Shown piece by piece: positions 1 to 9,822 of a DNA stretch of 31,941 nucleotides. Position numbers and translations under genes: made by a program. The notes under the pieces were generated by a model. That model saw only the letters and a list, made by a program, of their open reading frames with translations, made no database searches and was not told the DNA's origin. Numbering within the stretch: position 1 is the stretch's first letter; each line of letters begins with the position of its first letter. The DNA is taken from positions 1 to 31,941 of the IMG/VR virus record IMGVR_UViG_3300042363_000151; one strand, given 5' to 3'. This stretch comes from a virus (lineage: Duplodnaviria > Caudoviricetes).

Positions 1-2
1 TA

Positions 3-1610
3 TATGCAGCTATTGGTACTACATATGGTGTAGGTAATGGAACAACAACTTTTAATCTACCCGATCTTCGTGGAAAAATGCCTGTTGGTAATCACCCAGG
101 TATTGCAGTAACTGCAGATAATACAACAGATGTAATAACTTCAGCAACACCACATGGATTTGTTGATGGTCAAAAGGTTTATTTTACAGCAACAACTATG
201 CCCACAAACCTTACTGCTAATACTAACTATTATGTTACAGCTTCAACCTCTACAACATTTAAAGTTGCATCAAGTCTTGCTAATACCTCTACTGGTATTG
301 CAACAATTAACTTTACTACAAACGGTACTGGTATAACAGCCTTTGCTTCTGAATTTGCTGGACTCAATACTTCTGGCGGTACAACAAACCACTCGCACCG
401 TTCTGGATCAATGCGAGCAGCAATTGGTGCTACCAATAATAATATTAACTATATTGGATATGAAGCAGGAGGATCTCAGCCAGATGGCCTTGGACCAGGG
501 TCTACTGCGAACTATACCGTAGCTGGGGCTGTTCAAAGCGGTACTTTTGGATTTAATCACTATACCCCTGTATATGGTAACGCAGAAGACAAAAGTTCTG
601 TTAGTCCTTATCGTGTTATTAATTATATTATTAAATATGCTGCTGCCTATGTACCCCAGGAATCTGAGCTTGTTCCAAGGATCGATGCACTGGAAACTGG
701 TGGAACTAATTATATTATCAATGGTGCGTTTGATATTTGGCAACGAGGCACTTCTTTTAGTAATCCTGTGACTGCAACTTTTTCTAGTGACCGCTGGCGA
801 GCAGGTTTTAATGGATCTGGCGTTACTCGCACGGTTTCACAACAAGCTTTTCCCTTGGGATCTGCACCTGCAGCTGGATACGAGGGAGAGTACTTCTACC
901 GCTATGCACAAACTGTAGCTGGTACTGGTGCAACTTTTAGCAACGTACTAGAACAACCAATTGAGGATGTACGAACTCTTTCTGGTCAAACAATTACTGT
1001 TTCATTTTGGGCAAAAGCAGATGCAACAAGAACGGTCCGACCTATTTTTACACAGTACTTTGGAACAGGTGGTTCGCCATCTAGCAGTACAACCACTAAT
1101 GGAACTCTACAAACATTAACTACGTCTTGGGCAAGGTACACAAGCACGGTAACGCTGCCTTCAATGTCTGGCAAAACAATTGGCACAGGAAATAACGACT
1201 GTCTAATTCTTACAATACAGTCTTCGACAATTAATGCTACTCAGACAATTGACATCTGGGGCGTACAAGTAGAGGCTGGAGCAGCTGCCACGCCATTCCG
1301 CCGAAACGCTCGAAGTATTCAAGGCGAGTTAGCTGCATGTCAGAGGTACTATATTACAGGAAGTATGGGCAATACATATTATATGGGTAGTAGTAATGGT
1401 ACTGGTGTTGGAACTCATGGTTTTTCTTTTGCTCCAATGCGTGTAGCACCAACAGCAACAGTTTTAACATTTACTAATTCTGATAATGCATCAAATGGTG
1501 GCATTTCTGTTTTCAGCAATAGTGCAGTAAACGGAAACTTTAGAAATGCTAGTACAACTTTTCCATATTATAATTTTACCGCTACGTTTAAATTGGAGGC
1601 AGAACTATGA
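3..1610 (+). CDS. Tail fibre / receptor-binding protein, 5'-truncated (tail-collar domain, carbohydrate-binding-like domain, C-terminal tip after ELAACQRYY)
   Basis: The frame is open from the window edge and reads YAAIGTTYGVGNGTTTFNLPDLRGK, a tail-collar motif closed later by PYRVINYIIK. NYIINGAFDIWQRG...DRW...GVQVEAG..ATPF...ELAACQRYY is a common phage tail-fibre module. Thr/Gly/Ser-rich. Confidence 0.85.
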   Translation, partial: YAAIGTTYGVGNGTTTFNLPDLRGKMPVGNHPGIAVTADNTTDVITSATPHGFVDGQKVYFTATTMPTNLTANTNYYVTASTSTTFKVASSLANTSTGIATINFTTNGTGITAFASEFAGLNTSGGTTNHSHRSGSMRAAIGATNNNINYIGYEAGGSQPDGLGPGSTANYTVAGAVQSGTFGFNHYTPVYGNAEDKSSVSPYRVINYIIKYAAAYVPQESELVPRIDALETGGTNYIINGAFDIWQRGTSFSNPVTATFSSDRWRAGFNGSGVTRTVSQQAFPLGSAPAAGYEGEYFYRYAQTVAGTGATFSNVLEQPIEDVRTLSGQTITVSFWAKADATRTVRPIFTQYFGTGGSPSSSTTTNGTLQTLTTSWARYTSTVTLPSMSGKTIGTGNNDCLILTIQSSTINATQTIDIWGVQVEAGAAATPFRRNARSIQGELAACQRYYITGSMGNTYYMGSSNGTGVGTHGFSFAPMRVAPTATVLTFTNSDNASNGGISVFSNSAVNGNFRNASTTFPYYNFTATFKLEAEL

Positions 1611-1801
1611 GTTATATGAAACACTCAGTTATTGTTGGAGAAAAAATAATTGATACTAATTGCATCATTAGAATAAGCGATGTTGCAATGATTCCAAAAG
1701 ATGATGGAAATAATGACTATAAAGAGTATTTGCTTTGGGTAGAAAGCGGTAATGAGCCAATAGATTTTGATCAATCAATTTTTGATAATCAGTTTGAATA
1801 A
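1607..1801 (+). CDS. Small tail-fibre-associated (assembly chaperone-like) protein
   Basis: ATGA overlap with the fibre gene. Motif IPKDDGNNDYKEYLLWVESGNEP matches the IP.D..N.DY..YL.W...GN pattern commonly found after QRYY-type fibres. Confidence 0.65.
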   Translation: MSYMKHSVIVGEKIIDTNCIIRISDVAMIPKDDGNNDYKEYLLWVESGNEPIDFDQSIFDNQFE

Positions 1802-1837
1802 TTTTTTTTCAAATGAAACAACAAAAATCGTTACACC

Positions 1838-1846
1838 TGCTATAAT
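1838..1846 (+). promoter_or_regulatory. Extended -10 promoter (TGC-TATAAT) for a leaderless mRNA
   Basis: TATAAT at 1841-1846, 6 nt before ATG 1853, with no Shine-Dalgarno. Confidence 0.65.
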
Positions 1847-1852
1847 ATAACT

Positions 1853-2314
1853 ATGTCAAGAATTCCAATTCCAGAACGTGGACAGCCACTAGACCTGTCA
1901 TATATCTATACCATTGCTCAAGCAATTAATGAATTGTCAGAAAAAGGCTCAGCTCTCACACAGTCAAATAACTTTTATCACAAGAGTAGCAATGGTGGTC
2001 AGTCAGCATATTCTTCAAAGCTTTACGCTGCACAGGTTTACACAACTTACCTTGAGATCGCCTCAGACACTACTGTTACTGCTGGTAATGAGAAGTCTAT
2101 TACGATTAGTTTTCCTCCAGAGGTTACATTTGCCAGCACCCCAATTGTTACAGCCACTCCTGTAGCTCTAAATGACAACGAGGCAAACAAGGCAGTTACC
2201 GTAGTGCTTTCTAACGTGGACCCAAGTGGTTACACCGTTACTGCAAAATTTGGAACCGCAGGTAAGGTATCTGTTGGTATCAACGTTATTGCAATGGGCT
2301 TGCCCTCAAACTAG
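1853..2314 (+). CDS. Hypothetical protein, possibly a minor virion/tail protein with a beta-rich C-terminus
   Basis: 153-aa ORF. C-terminal pattern ISFP..FASTPIVTAT...VGINVIAMG resembles small tail-associated beta-sandwich domains. Confidence 0.55.
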   Translation: MSRIPIPERGQPLDLSYIYTIAQAINELSEKGSALTQSNNFYHKSSNGGQSAYSSKLYAAQVYTTYLEIASDTTVTAGNEKSITISFPPEVTFASTPIVTATPVALNDNEANKAVTVVLSNVDPSGYTVTAKFGTAGKVSVGINVIAMGLPSN

Positions 2315-2318
2315 TCTT

Positions 2319-2843
2319 ATGATTAGCTTAGAAGAATATAACAATTCCCCAGTTTTGCCAGGGAATAAAAAAGTATGGTTTCTTAATGGTGATCTAGTAA
2401 GAGTCTATCATCTCAATCGTTCTAATGGCATTATGTCTGTTTATAATATTAATCAAGATCGCATAGAGTCCTGTCTTATTGGTGACTTTAAGAAAAACAG
2501 GGAAAGAGCCTACACTGTAAACGATACAGCTAAGCTGGTAAACCGTCACAAGAAGTATCTACCGTTCCTTATGAAGGATGGAAAAATACCTTATCCTACT
2601 GGATCATCTATTGGTAAAGAGCGTGGTTGGCAAATTAGGTCTTACTACTCAGAATCGCAAGTTCATGAGATCCGTGATATACTTGCTACATACAGTATAG
2701 GTCGTCCAAGAAAAGATGGTTTGATTAACAATAACGTTACCCCAACTCGCCAGGAGTTGACAAGGCGTATGGGCGATGGTATACTTACATATACGAAGAC
2801 TGCAGACGGGAAATTCGTTCCTGTTTGGTCAGAAACACTATAG
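2319..2843 (+). CDS. Putative HTH DNA-binding protein (MerR/excisionase-like)
   Basis: Start moved to ATG 2319, just after the upstream stop. YTVNDTAKLVNRHKKYL...GKIP....RSYYSESQV fits a MerR-like HTH plus wing. Confidence 0.6.
   Translation: MISLEEYNNSPVLPGNKKVWFLNGDLVRVYHLNRSNGIMSVYNINQDRIESCLIGDFKKNRERAYTVNDTAKLVNRHKKYLPFLMKDGKIPYPTGSSIGKERGWQIRSYYSESQVHEIRDILATYSIGRPRKDGLINNNVTPTRQELTRRMGDGILTYTKTADGKFVPVWSETL
2757..2785 (+). promoter_or_regulatory. SigA-type promoter embedded in the coding sequence
   Basis: TTGACA (2757-2762), 17-nt spacer ending TGG, TATACT (2780-2785). It lies upstream of the helicase operon. Confidence 0.75.
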
Positions 2844-2852
2844 AAAAAAGGT

Positions 2853-3068
2853 ATGAGAAATATGGAAAACGAACAGACTAAGGTAAATGTTACTCTTGGT
2901 TATACGCTGAACCTTGGAAATTTTCAGTCGCTGCGTATTGACCTTGGAGTAATTGACTCACGTCGTGATGGCGAAACTATCGAGCAAGCGTTTGAGCGTG
3001 TTTACGGTTTTGTTGAGGGTAAGCTTATTACCAAGATTAACGAAGCCAAGGACGAAGTCCAAGAGTAA
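2853..3068 (+). CDS. Hypothetical protein (start may be ATG 2862)
   Basis: 71-aa ORF with TAATG coupling to the next gene. Contains V.LG.T.NLGNFQSLRID, typical of small phage replication-region proteins. Confidence 0.7.
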   Translation: MRNMENEQTKVNVTLGYTLNLGNFQSLRIDLGVIDSRRDGETIEQAFERVYGFVEGKLITKINEAKDEVQE

Positions 3069-3376
3069 TGGCTGAACGCAAAGACCGAATGGCTTTGCTC
3101 AGTCGCTATGCTAAGCTCCATACCATGCGGTATGAGGAAAAGCCAATCTATAACATAAATGTCGAACAGTGGGCCTCTGACGGACTCATTGAATCATACG
3201 GCATATCCAAATGCTACGACCTGCTTGATTATTATTTTCAGGTTGCAGAATCTCCTACATGGAAGTATTTTGCTAACTACGCTGAAAAGATTATCATTGC
3301 CAGGGAAGAACACGAGAGAGACAATCGGGAACGAGCAGAGCGTCGTGCCCTAGGAAGGAAGTGGTTAAGTGAGTAA
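3068..3376 (+). CDS. Hypothetical protein preceding the helicase
   Basis: 102-aa ORF that overlaps both neighbours. Confidence 0.7.
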   Translation: MAERKDRMALLSRYAKLHTMRYEEKPIYNINVEQWASDGLIESYGISKCYDLLDYYFQVAESPTWKYFANYAEKIIIAREEHERDNRERAERRALGRKWLSE

Positions 3377-4589
3377 CACAGAGTCAAAACTTATCTCAGC
3401 AGTGCTGAAAGATAAGCAGATCCATGTTTTGCTTCAGGCTAATGCAGATAGACTCATGCGTACCCACAACGACATTTGGGAGTTTGTCAGGAATTACTTT
3501 GAGCAGAACGCATCTCTACCACCAGAGTCACTGGTTGTTGAGAAGTTTCGTGACTTCGAGCCAGTCCAGGGTATTGGTTCGACAAAACATCACCTAGATG
3601 AACTACAGGCAGAGTATCTAAATGACAGTCTAAAGGATATCCTTAGAAATGCTGCATCAGATGTTCAGGGAGGCAAGGGCGTAGAGGCACTTGAGCACCT
3701 GATTTCAAAGACATCAGAACTAAAAAAAGATACATCTGTAATTCGTGATATCGATGTGACAGATGTTGAGTCTGCAATCGCGTATTATGAACAGGTAAAG
3801 AAGGCACAAGAAAATGGTTCAATTGGCATCAAGACTGGTCTTCCAGGTTTTGACAATTATCTCCCTGCTGGGATTACTCCTGGTCAGCTTGGTGTTTTTC
3901 TTGCTTATCCTGGTATCGGAAAGTCTTGGCTATCTCTTTACTTTGCCGTTCAGGCATGGAAGCAGGGAAGATCACCTCTAGTAATCTCGCTAGAAATGAG
4001 TGAGACAGAAGTCCGTAACCGCGTATTCACAATTATGGGTGAGGGGCTTTGGTCACACAGAAATCTTTCTTCTGGAAATGTAGAGCTTGACACCCTTCGT
4101 ATGTGGCACGACAAACACGTTAAGGGCAAGCCAGAGTTTCACATCATCTCTAATGATACTGGTGGAGAAATCACTCCATCGGTTTTGCGAGGGAAGATCG
4201 ATCAGTACAAGCCAGACCTAGTAATTGTAGACTACCTGCAGCTAATGAGTCCTAATGGTAAGTCTGACAGTGAAGTTGTTCGTATGAAGAACTTGTCTCG
4301 TGAGCTAAAGCTTCTTGCTATCGGTGAAGAGATTCCAATTATTGCAATTTCATCTGCCACACCAGACGATGTTAATAAGCTAGACACTGTTCCCACACTT
4401 GGTCAAACCTCGTGGTCACGCCAGATTGCATACGATGCTGACTGGGTAATGGCTTTGGGTCGTGGAACAAACTCTGATATAATTGAGTGTGTCTTCCGTA
4501 AAAATCGTAATGGTTTTATGGGAGAGTTCCTAGTACAGGTTGATTTCGACAAGGGATTCTATAAGTACAAGGATTACGAAGATGGCTAG
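3369..4589 (+). CDS. dnaB: DnaB-like replicative helicase
   Basis: Walker A AYPGIGKS, ISLEMS, VIVDYLQLM, LSRELKLLA, IAYDAD, KNRNG. Confidence 0.95.
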   Translation: MSNTESKLISAVLKDKQIHVLLQANADRLMRTHNDIWEFVRNYFEQNASLPPESLVVEKFRDFEPVQGIGSTKHHLDELQAEYLNDSLKDILRNAASDVQGGKGVEALEHLISKTSELKKDTSVIRDIDVTDVESAIAYYEQVKKAQENGSIGIKTGLPGFDNYLPAGITPGQLGVFLAYPGIGKSWLSLYFAVQAWKQGRSPLVISLEMSETEVRNRVFTIMGEGLWSHRNLSSGNVELDTLRMWHDKHVKGKPEFHIISNDTGGEITPSVLRGKIDQYKPDLVIVDYLQLMSPNGKSDSEVVRMKNLSRELKLLAIGEEIPIIAISSATPDDVNKLDTVPTLGQTSWSRQIAYDADWVMALGRGTNSDIIECVFRKNRNGFMGEFLVQVDFDKGFYKYKDYEDG

Positions 4590-4601
4590 TATAATTAAAT
4601 C

Positions 4602-4928
4602 ATGCAAAACTTGCACCACAAACCAGTTAAGAGATTTAATCTTGAAGGTACGATTCATGACGAATCAGCTATCGGCAGATTAAAGGCTGAGTATATTCGA
4701 CTATTAACAGTCGAGATGCGTTTAAATGGTTATGTTCCAAGACTGGACATTAATCCAGATTTTACAATTTATTACAATAACGAGAAACAATATTTTGAAT
4801 TTATTTTATCAGTATACGGCGTTTATGTCGGAAAGAGGAAGAGCGAATGGATAGAGGGCGTAGACGAGACAAGGGCAATATCTACTCCGAAGAGCAAGTC
4901 CAGCGTGTCCTCGTCGGAAGTGGTCTAA
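4602..4928 (+). CDS. Hypothetical protein (likely leaderless)
   Basis: 108-aa ORF. TATAAT at 4590-4595 lies 6 nt before the ATG. Confidence 0.7.
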   Translation: MQNLHHKPVKRFNLEGTIHDESAIGRLKAEYIRLLTVEMRLNGYVPRLDINPDFTIYYNNEKQYFEFILSVYGVYVGKRKSEWIEGVDETRAISTPKSKSSVSSSEVV

Positions 4929-5791
4929 ATATTGAATCAGAGGTAGACTCTGACTTCATCGTATTCTGTCCATTCCACGGCAACCACCGCACACCTGCTG
5001 GTGAAGTTGATAAGTTAAACGGAATCTTTTATTGTTTCTCATGCCACAAGGCCTGTGACCTGATCGAACTAATCATGCACACTTCTGGTCGCACTTACTT
5101 TGAAGCCGCAAGGTATATCAAGAGCAAGGAACAGGCTACAACTATTGAGACTGACATCAATCGTAAGCTAGCACAGAAACCAGACTATGTTCAGTTTGAC
5201 GAGATTACGGTTAAACGACTAAGTGTTGCTGCACTAGAACAGCCACGAGCGATCCGCTACTATCAAGGTAGGCTGATTACAAAAGAGTCTGTGCAAAAGT
5301 TCTCACTTGGATATTCTGAGAAGCAGGACATGGTTACGATTCCTGTACACTCTCCAGACGGAATGCTTGTTGGATTTGTTGGTCGATCCATTGAGGGTAA
5401 GTCTTTTAAGAATACTCCAGGCCTACCAAAGAGCAAGGTTCTGTTTAACATTCACAGGGTTAAGTCTTCTAAGAATGTCTATGTCGTAGAGTCTTCGTTT
5501 GATGCTATCCGCCTTGACCAGGTTGGTTTTCCAGCGGTAGCGACACTAGGTGCTAGTGTTAGTAATACACAAATACAACTTCTTCAAAAGTATTTCAATG
5601 AGGTAATCGTCATTGCAGATAACGATGAAGCAGGCGGCAACATGAAAGACAGGTTAGTAGAAAAACTTGGAAATCGTGTTACCGTACTACAACTAAATAA
5701 AGAATACAAAGATATTGGAGACATGGATGATGAAGCCATTCGTCAAATCGACACGTCATTTGACAAGTCTATTCAATCCATGCTACAATAA
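4847..5791 (+). CDS. dnaG: DNA primase (CHC2 Zn finger + TOPRIM)
   Basis: CPFH...CFSC zinc finger, GFVGR, VVESSFDAI, ADNDEAG, KDIGD. Confidence 0.93.
   Translation: MDRGRRRDKGNIYSEEQVQRVLVGSGLNIESEVDSDFIVFCPFHGNHRTPAGEVDKLNGIFYCFSCHKACDLIELIMHTSGRTYFEAARYIKSKEQATTIETDINRKLAQKPDYVQFDEITVKRLSVAALEQPRAIRYYQGRLITKESVQKFSLGYSEKQDMVTIPVHSPDGMLVGFVGRSIEGKSFKNTPGLPKSKVLFNIHRVKSSKNVYVVESSFDAIRLDQVGFPAVATLGASVSNTQIQLLQKYFNEVIVIADNDEAGGNMKDRLVEKLGNRVTVLQLNKEYKDIGDMDDEAIRQIDTSFDKSIQSMLQ
5760..5789 (+). promoter_or_regulatory. SigA-type promoter at the primase 3' end, driving SSB
   Basis: TTGACA (5760-5765), 18-nt spacer ending TGC, TACAAT (5784-5789). AAGGAG RBS precedes ATG 5822. Confidence 0.7.
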
Positions 5792-5821
5792 TAAACCCAC
5801 TAGAAAAATAAGGAGAATAAA

Positions 5822-6481
5822 ATGAGTGTTATTAAGGGACTTAAAAACATCAACGCCCTACTCGACAAACCAAAGTACGAAAATGATGGACCTCGTGTAC
5901 GCTGGCTTAAGCTTGCCGATGGTCAAGCAGTCAAGATTCGATTCGTTGAAGAGCTTGACGAAGACTCTGCCCACTATGGCGAAGACCGTGGTCTTGCTCT
6001 AGTTGTTAAGGAGCACACCAACCCAAAGGACTACCGTCGCAAGGCAGTAGACACTATGGATGCTGAAGGTCGTGACTGGGCAGAAGAGATGCACCGTAAG
6101 GACCCCAAGGCTGGATGGCGTGGTCGTCTTCGCTTCTACTGCAACGTCCTCGTTGACGACGGTATGGAAGATCCATATGTAGCCATTTGGTCAATGGGTG
6201 TTAGCAAGCAGTCTGCGTTCAACACAATTCGTGAGTACGCACTTGAGACTGGCAGCATCTCAAACATCACCTGGAAGCTCAAGCGTAATGGTCAGGGTAC
6301 GGAGACGAGCTACACGCTTATCCCCTCTGCACCAGATGCCGAGCCTTTCAACTGGGGCGAAGCAAAGCCATTCCCTTTGGAGTCAGCTTTGAACAACATC
6401 CCCTACGCAGAGCAGGAAGCGTTCTATCTCGGATTTGATACGCCTTCTTCCTCTTCATCCACCTCCAGCATCGACTGGTAA
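5822..6481 (+). CDS. Single-stranded DNA-binding protein (T4 gp32-like OB fold)
   Basis: WLKLADGQAVKIRF, LKRNGQGTETSY, and a Ser-rich tail ending IDW. Lies between primase and polymerase. Confidence 0.75.
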   Translation: MSVIKGLKNINALLDKPKYENDGPRVRWLKLADGQAVKIRFVEELDEDSAHYGEDRGLALVVKEHTNPKDYRRKAVDTMDAEGRDWAEEMHRKDPKAGWRGRLRFYCNVLVDDGMEDPYVAIWSMGVSKQSAFNTIREYALETGSISNITWKLKRNGQGTETSYTLIPSAPDAEPFNWGEAKPFPLESALNNIPYAEQEAFYLGFDTPSSSSSTSSIDW

Positions 6482-6488
6482 TTAATTT

Positions 6489-6518
6489 GGGGGGTGGGCT
6501 GAGTACAGCCTGCCCCCC
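6489..6518 (+). terminator. GC-rich stem-loop after SSB (partial terminator or 3' stabiliser)
   Basis: GGGGGGTGGGCTG-AGTA-CAGCCTGCCCCCC forms a 13-bp stem with 2 G-U pairs. No U-tract follows. Confidence 0.65.
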
Positions 6519-6543
6519 TACACTTCTAACAGAGAGACTTTAA

Positions 6544-9500
6544 ATGAGTTACGCTGGACTACACGTTCACACCCACTACTCGCTATTTGATGGCATTGCC
6601 ACCCCACTAGAATATGTGGAACGAGCAAAAGAACTAGGAATGCCTGCCATCGCTATCACAGACCACGGTTCACTTTCTGGACACCGTGAGATGTACCGCA
6701 CCGCTAAGGAGCACGGCATCAAGCCTATCCTGGGCATCGAAGGGTACATGTGCAAAGACATTGCCGATCACTCAGACCCTAACGATAGGGAAGACCCACT
6801 CGATATGGCATACAACCATATCATTCTTCTTGCAAAGAACCAGCAAGGTCTAGAGAATCTAAATAAGATTAATGAGATTTCATGGACAGATGGTTTCTAC
6901 AAGAAGCCACGTTTTGATTTTGACATTCTTAAGAAGTATTCAGAAGGCCTCATTGTGACATCTGCATGTCCTAGCGGCATCCTTGCAAAGGCTATCGAGT
7001 TGGACCAGCTTGCTGTCGCCAAGGAGCACATTAAGTGGTTCCACGATGTGTTTGGTGAAGACTATTACATCGAAATTATGCCTCACAATCCAGAGGGCGT
7101 GAACGATGTGCTTATTGAACTTGCAGATGAATTTGGAATTAAGATTGTGGCAACTCCAGACTGCCACCACGCCTCACCAGAGCAGCGAGAAATTCAGGAA
7201 CTTAAGCTAATCCTAAACTCTTACAGCAACAAGGTGCAAAAGGACTCAACCTATGAGGGTTCTCAGGAGTACGACAACCTCATGGATCGACTTGACTACT
7301 TGTATGGTGCAGACCGTCAGATGTCATTTAATAAGTTTGAGATTCATCTATTGTCTTACGAAGAGATTAAGGCTGCACTGGAAAAGCAGGGGGTATTCCG
7401 AGAAGACCTGTACTCCACTAGCCTTGAGATTGCAGACAAGGTTGAAGACTATCTTATTCAGGACCACCTAGACCTTCTTCCTGCACAGTACATCAATCCA
7501 GATGAAGAGCTTTACAAGCTTGCAATTGAGGGTCTGACTGCTCGTGGTCTTAATGACAACCAGGAATACCTTGATCGTCTAGACGAAGAGCTTGAGATTA
7601 TCAAGAACAAGAAGTTTGCCCCATACTTTATGGTGGTACGAAATATGATTAACTGGGCAAAGAAGGAAGGAATCATGGTGGGTCCAGGTCGTGGATCCTC
7701 TGCTGGCTCACTCCTGTGTTATGCATTGGGCATCACAGACATTGACCCAATCATTCATGGTCTGCTGTTCTTCCGATTTATTAATCCAGAGCGTAATGAC
7801 TTCCCAGATATCGATACAGATATCCAGGACTCACGACGAGACGAGGTTAAGGATTATCTAGTTAAGCAGTATCGCCACGTTGCGTCTATTGCCACCTTTC
7901 TGTCATTCAAGGACAAAGGTGTTGTGCGAGACATTGCTCGTGTTCTAAATATTCCGCTAACAGATGTTAATAAGGTTCTAAAGCTTGTTGATACTTGGGA
8001 TGAATACTGTATGTCTAAGTCAACCGCTGAGTTCCGTGAAAAGTATCCAGAGATTGAAGAATACGGAGAGCAACTCCGTGGTCGCATTCGTGGTACTGGT
8101 ATTCACGCTGCTGGTGTCGTTACGGCTAAGGAGCCTATCTTTAAGTTTGCTCCTATGGAGACTCGCACTGCTCCAGGAACCAAGGAACGCATTCCTGTAG
8201 TTGCCGTAGACATGACCGAGGCTGAGCGTATTGGTCTTATCAAGATTGATGCACTGGGTCTAAAGACCCTAAGCGTTATTCAGGACACAATCGCAATTGT
8301 AAAGGAACGTCACGGTGTAGATATCGATCCACTAAAGATTGACATGACAGACTCCAACGTATACCAGATGCTTTCTGACGGCTATACGAAAGGTGTCTTC
8401 CAGTGTGAGGCCACCCCATACACCAACCTGCTTGTTAAGATGGGCGTAAAGAACTTTGATGAGCTTGCTGCTTCTAACGCCTTGGTTCGTCCAGGTGCTA
8501 TGAATACGATTGGCAAGGACTACATTGATCGTAAGTGGGGTCGTCAGGCAGTTAACTATCGACACCAGGTGATGAAGGAGTTTACCTACGACACTTACGG
8601 ATGCATCTTGTATCAGGAGCAGGTTATGCTTGCTTGTGTAAATCTCGGCGGTATGACAATGGCTGAGGCTGACAAGGTTCGTAAGATTATTGGTAAGAAG
8701 AAGGATGCCAAGGAGTTCGATCAGTTCCAGGACCAATTCGTACAGGGTGCTACACAGTACCTTGGAGAACAGGGTGCTAAAGATCTGTGGCATGACTTCG
8801 AAGCCCACGCTGGCTATTCATTCAACAAGAGCCACGCTGTAGCCTATTCTACGGTATCTTACTGGACGGCATGGCTAAAGTATCACTACCCAATTGAGTT
8901 TATGTTTGCTCTTCTCAAGAATGAGAAGGACAAGGATGCTCGAACAGAGTACTTGATTGAGGCAAAGCGTATGAACATCCCTGTACGTCTGCCTCATGTC
9001 AACGAGTCTGATATCGACTTTAAGATTGAGGGCAAGGGTATTCGGTTTGGTCTGTCTGGAATTAAGTATGTTTCAGATAACATTGCATCTAAGTACATGG
9101 CTGCTCGTCCCTTCAAGTCATACGCTGAACTTGAGGAGTTTACATATGGCAAGGGCAATGGTGTGAACAGTCGTGCACTACAGGCAATGCGTCTTATTGG
9201 TGCTGCAAACTTCCCAGATAACCCTGCGAATGAACAGGAGGTTCGTGAGAACTTGTACGAGTACCTAAACCTGCCAGAGTTCAACATGTCAGTTCCAAAC
9301 CACTTCCATGCATTTATGAATACTGCAGAGGAGTACGAGGAAAAGGGTTCGTTTATTCTGATGGGCATGGTGAAGAACATTAAGCGAGGCAAGGGCTGGT
9401 CGCGTATCGAGATCCTGGATAAGACTGGTGTCGTTGGAATCTTTGACGATGAACAAACTCTTATCGAGGCAGGACGAACATATATTATCCTAGCAAGTGA

Positions 9501-9822
9501 TAATCGTGTGCTAACTGCTGTACCTGTTGATGAAGCCAAAGGTTCTGATGCTGGTTTGATTAAGTTCTTGAACTATCGACAGCTACCTTATGTTGACGAC
9601 GAGATGTATGTTATTTCGTTCAAGAGCAGGGTAACAAAGGCTGGCAAGAAGATGGCATACCTTACACTTGCAGACACAGCACGAGAGCTACACTCTGTTA
9701 CCGTATTCCCAACACAGTATCCGAAGGCATATATGAGACTGGAAGAGGGTAAGGCATATAATTTTAGCTTTGCAAAAACTAAAGATGGAACAACTATTTT
9801 GGAGGATATAAAAAATGTATAG
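6544..9822 (+). CDS. dnaE: DNA polymerase III alpha subunit (DnaE-like) with PHP domain
   Basis: HVHTHYSLFDG, ITDHG, GPGRGSSAGS, FPDIDTD, HAAGVV, KIDALGL, YSFNKSHA, and a C-terminal OB fold. No intein seen. Confidence 0.97.
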   Translation: MSYAGLHVHTHYSLFDGIATPLEYVERAKELGMPAIAITDHGSLSGHREMYRTAKEHGIKPILGIEGYMCKDIADHSDPNDREDPLDMAYNHIILLAKNQQGLENLNKINEISWTDGFYKKPRFDFDILKKYSEGLIVTSACPSGILAKAIELDQLAVAKEHIKWFHDVFGEDYYIEIMPHNPEGVNDVLIELADEFGIKIVATPDCHHASPEQREIQELKLILNSYSNKVQKDSTYEGSQEYDNLMDRLDYLYGADRQMSFNKFEIHLLSYEEIKAALEKQGVFREDLYSTSLEIADKVEDYLIQDHLDLLPAQYINPDEELYKLAIEGLTARGLNDNQEYLDRLDEELEIIKNKKFAPYFMVVRNMINWAKKEGIMVGPGRGSSAGSLLCYALGITDIDPIIHGLLFFRFINPERNDFPDIDTDIQDSRRDEVKDYLVKQYRHVASIATFLSFKDKGVVRDIARVLNIPLTDVNKVLKLVDTWDEYCMSKSTAEFREKYPEIEEYGEQLRGRIRGTGIHAAGVVTAKEPIFKFAPMETRTAPGTKERIPVVAVDMTEAERIGLIKIDALGLKTLSVIQDTIAIVKERHGVDIDPLKIDMTDSNVYQMLSDGYTKGVFQCEATPYTNLLVKMGVKNFDELAASNALVRPGAMNTIGKDYIDRKWGRQAVNYRHQVMKEFTYDTYGCILYQEQVMLACVNLGGMTMAEADKVRKIIGKKKDAKEFDQFQDQFVQGATQYLGEQGAKDLWHDFEAHAGYSFNKSHAVAYSTVSYWTAWLKYHYPIEFMFALLKNEKDKDARTEYLIEAKRMNIPVRLPHVNESDIDFKIEGKGIRFGLSGIKYVSDNIASKYMAARPFKSYAELEEFTYGKGNGVNSRALQAMRLIGAANFPDNPANEQEVRENLYEYLNLPEFNMSVPNHFHAFMNTAEEYEEKGSFILMGMVKNIKRGKGWSRIEILDKTGVVGIFDDEQTLIEAGRTYIILASDNRVLTAVPVDEAKGSDAGLIKFLNYRQLPYVDDEMYVISFKSRVTKAGKKMAYLTLADTARELHSVTVFPTQYPKAYMRLEEGKAYNFSFAKTKDGTTILEDIKNV

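Noticed and set aside
1350-1610. Diversity-generating retroelement target at the fibre C-terminus
   Set aside because: No reverse transcriptase and no near-duplicate template repeat were seen in the window.
8332-9539. Long antisense ORFs inside dnaE (and similar ones in nrdE and terL)
   Set aside because: These are shadow frames of strongly biased coding sequence, with no motifs or initiation signals.
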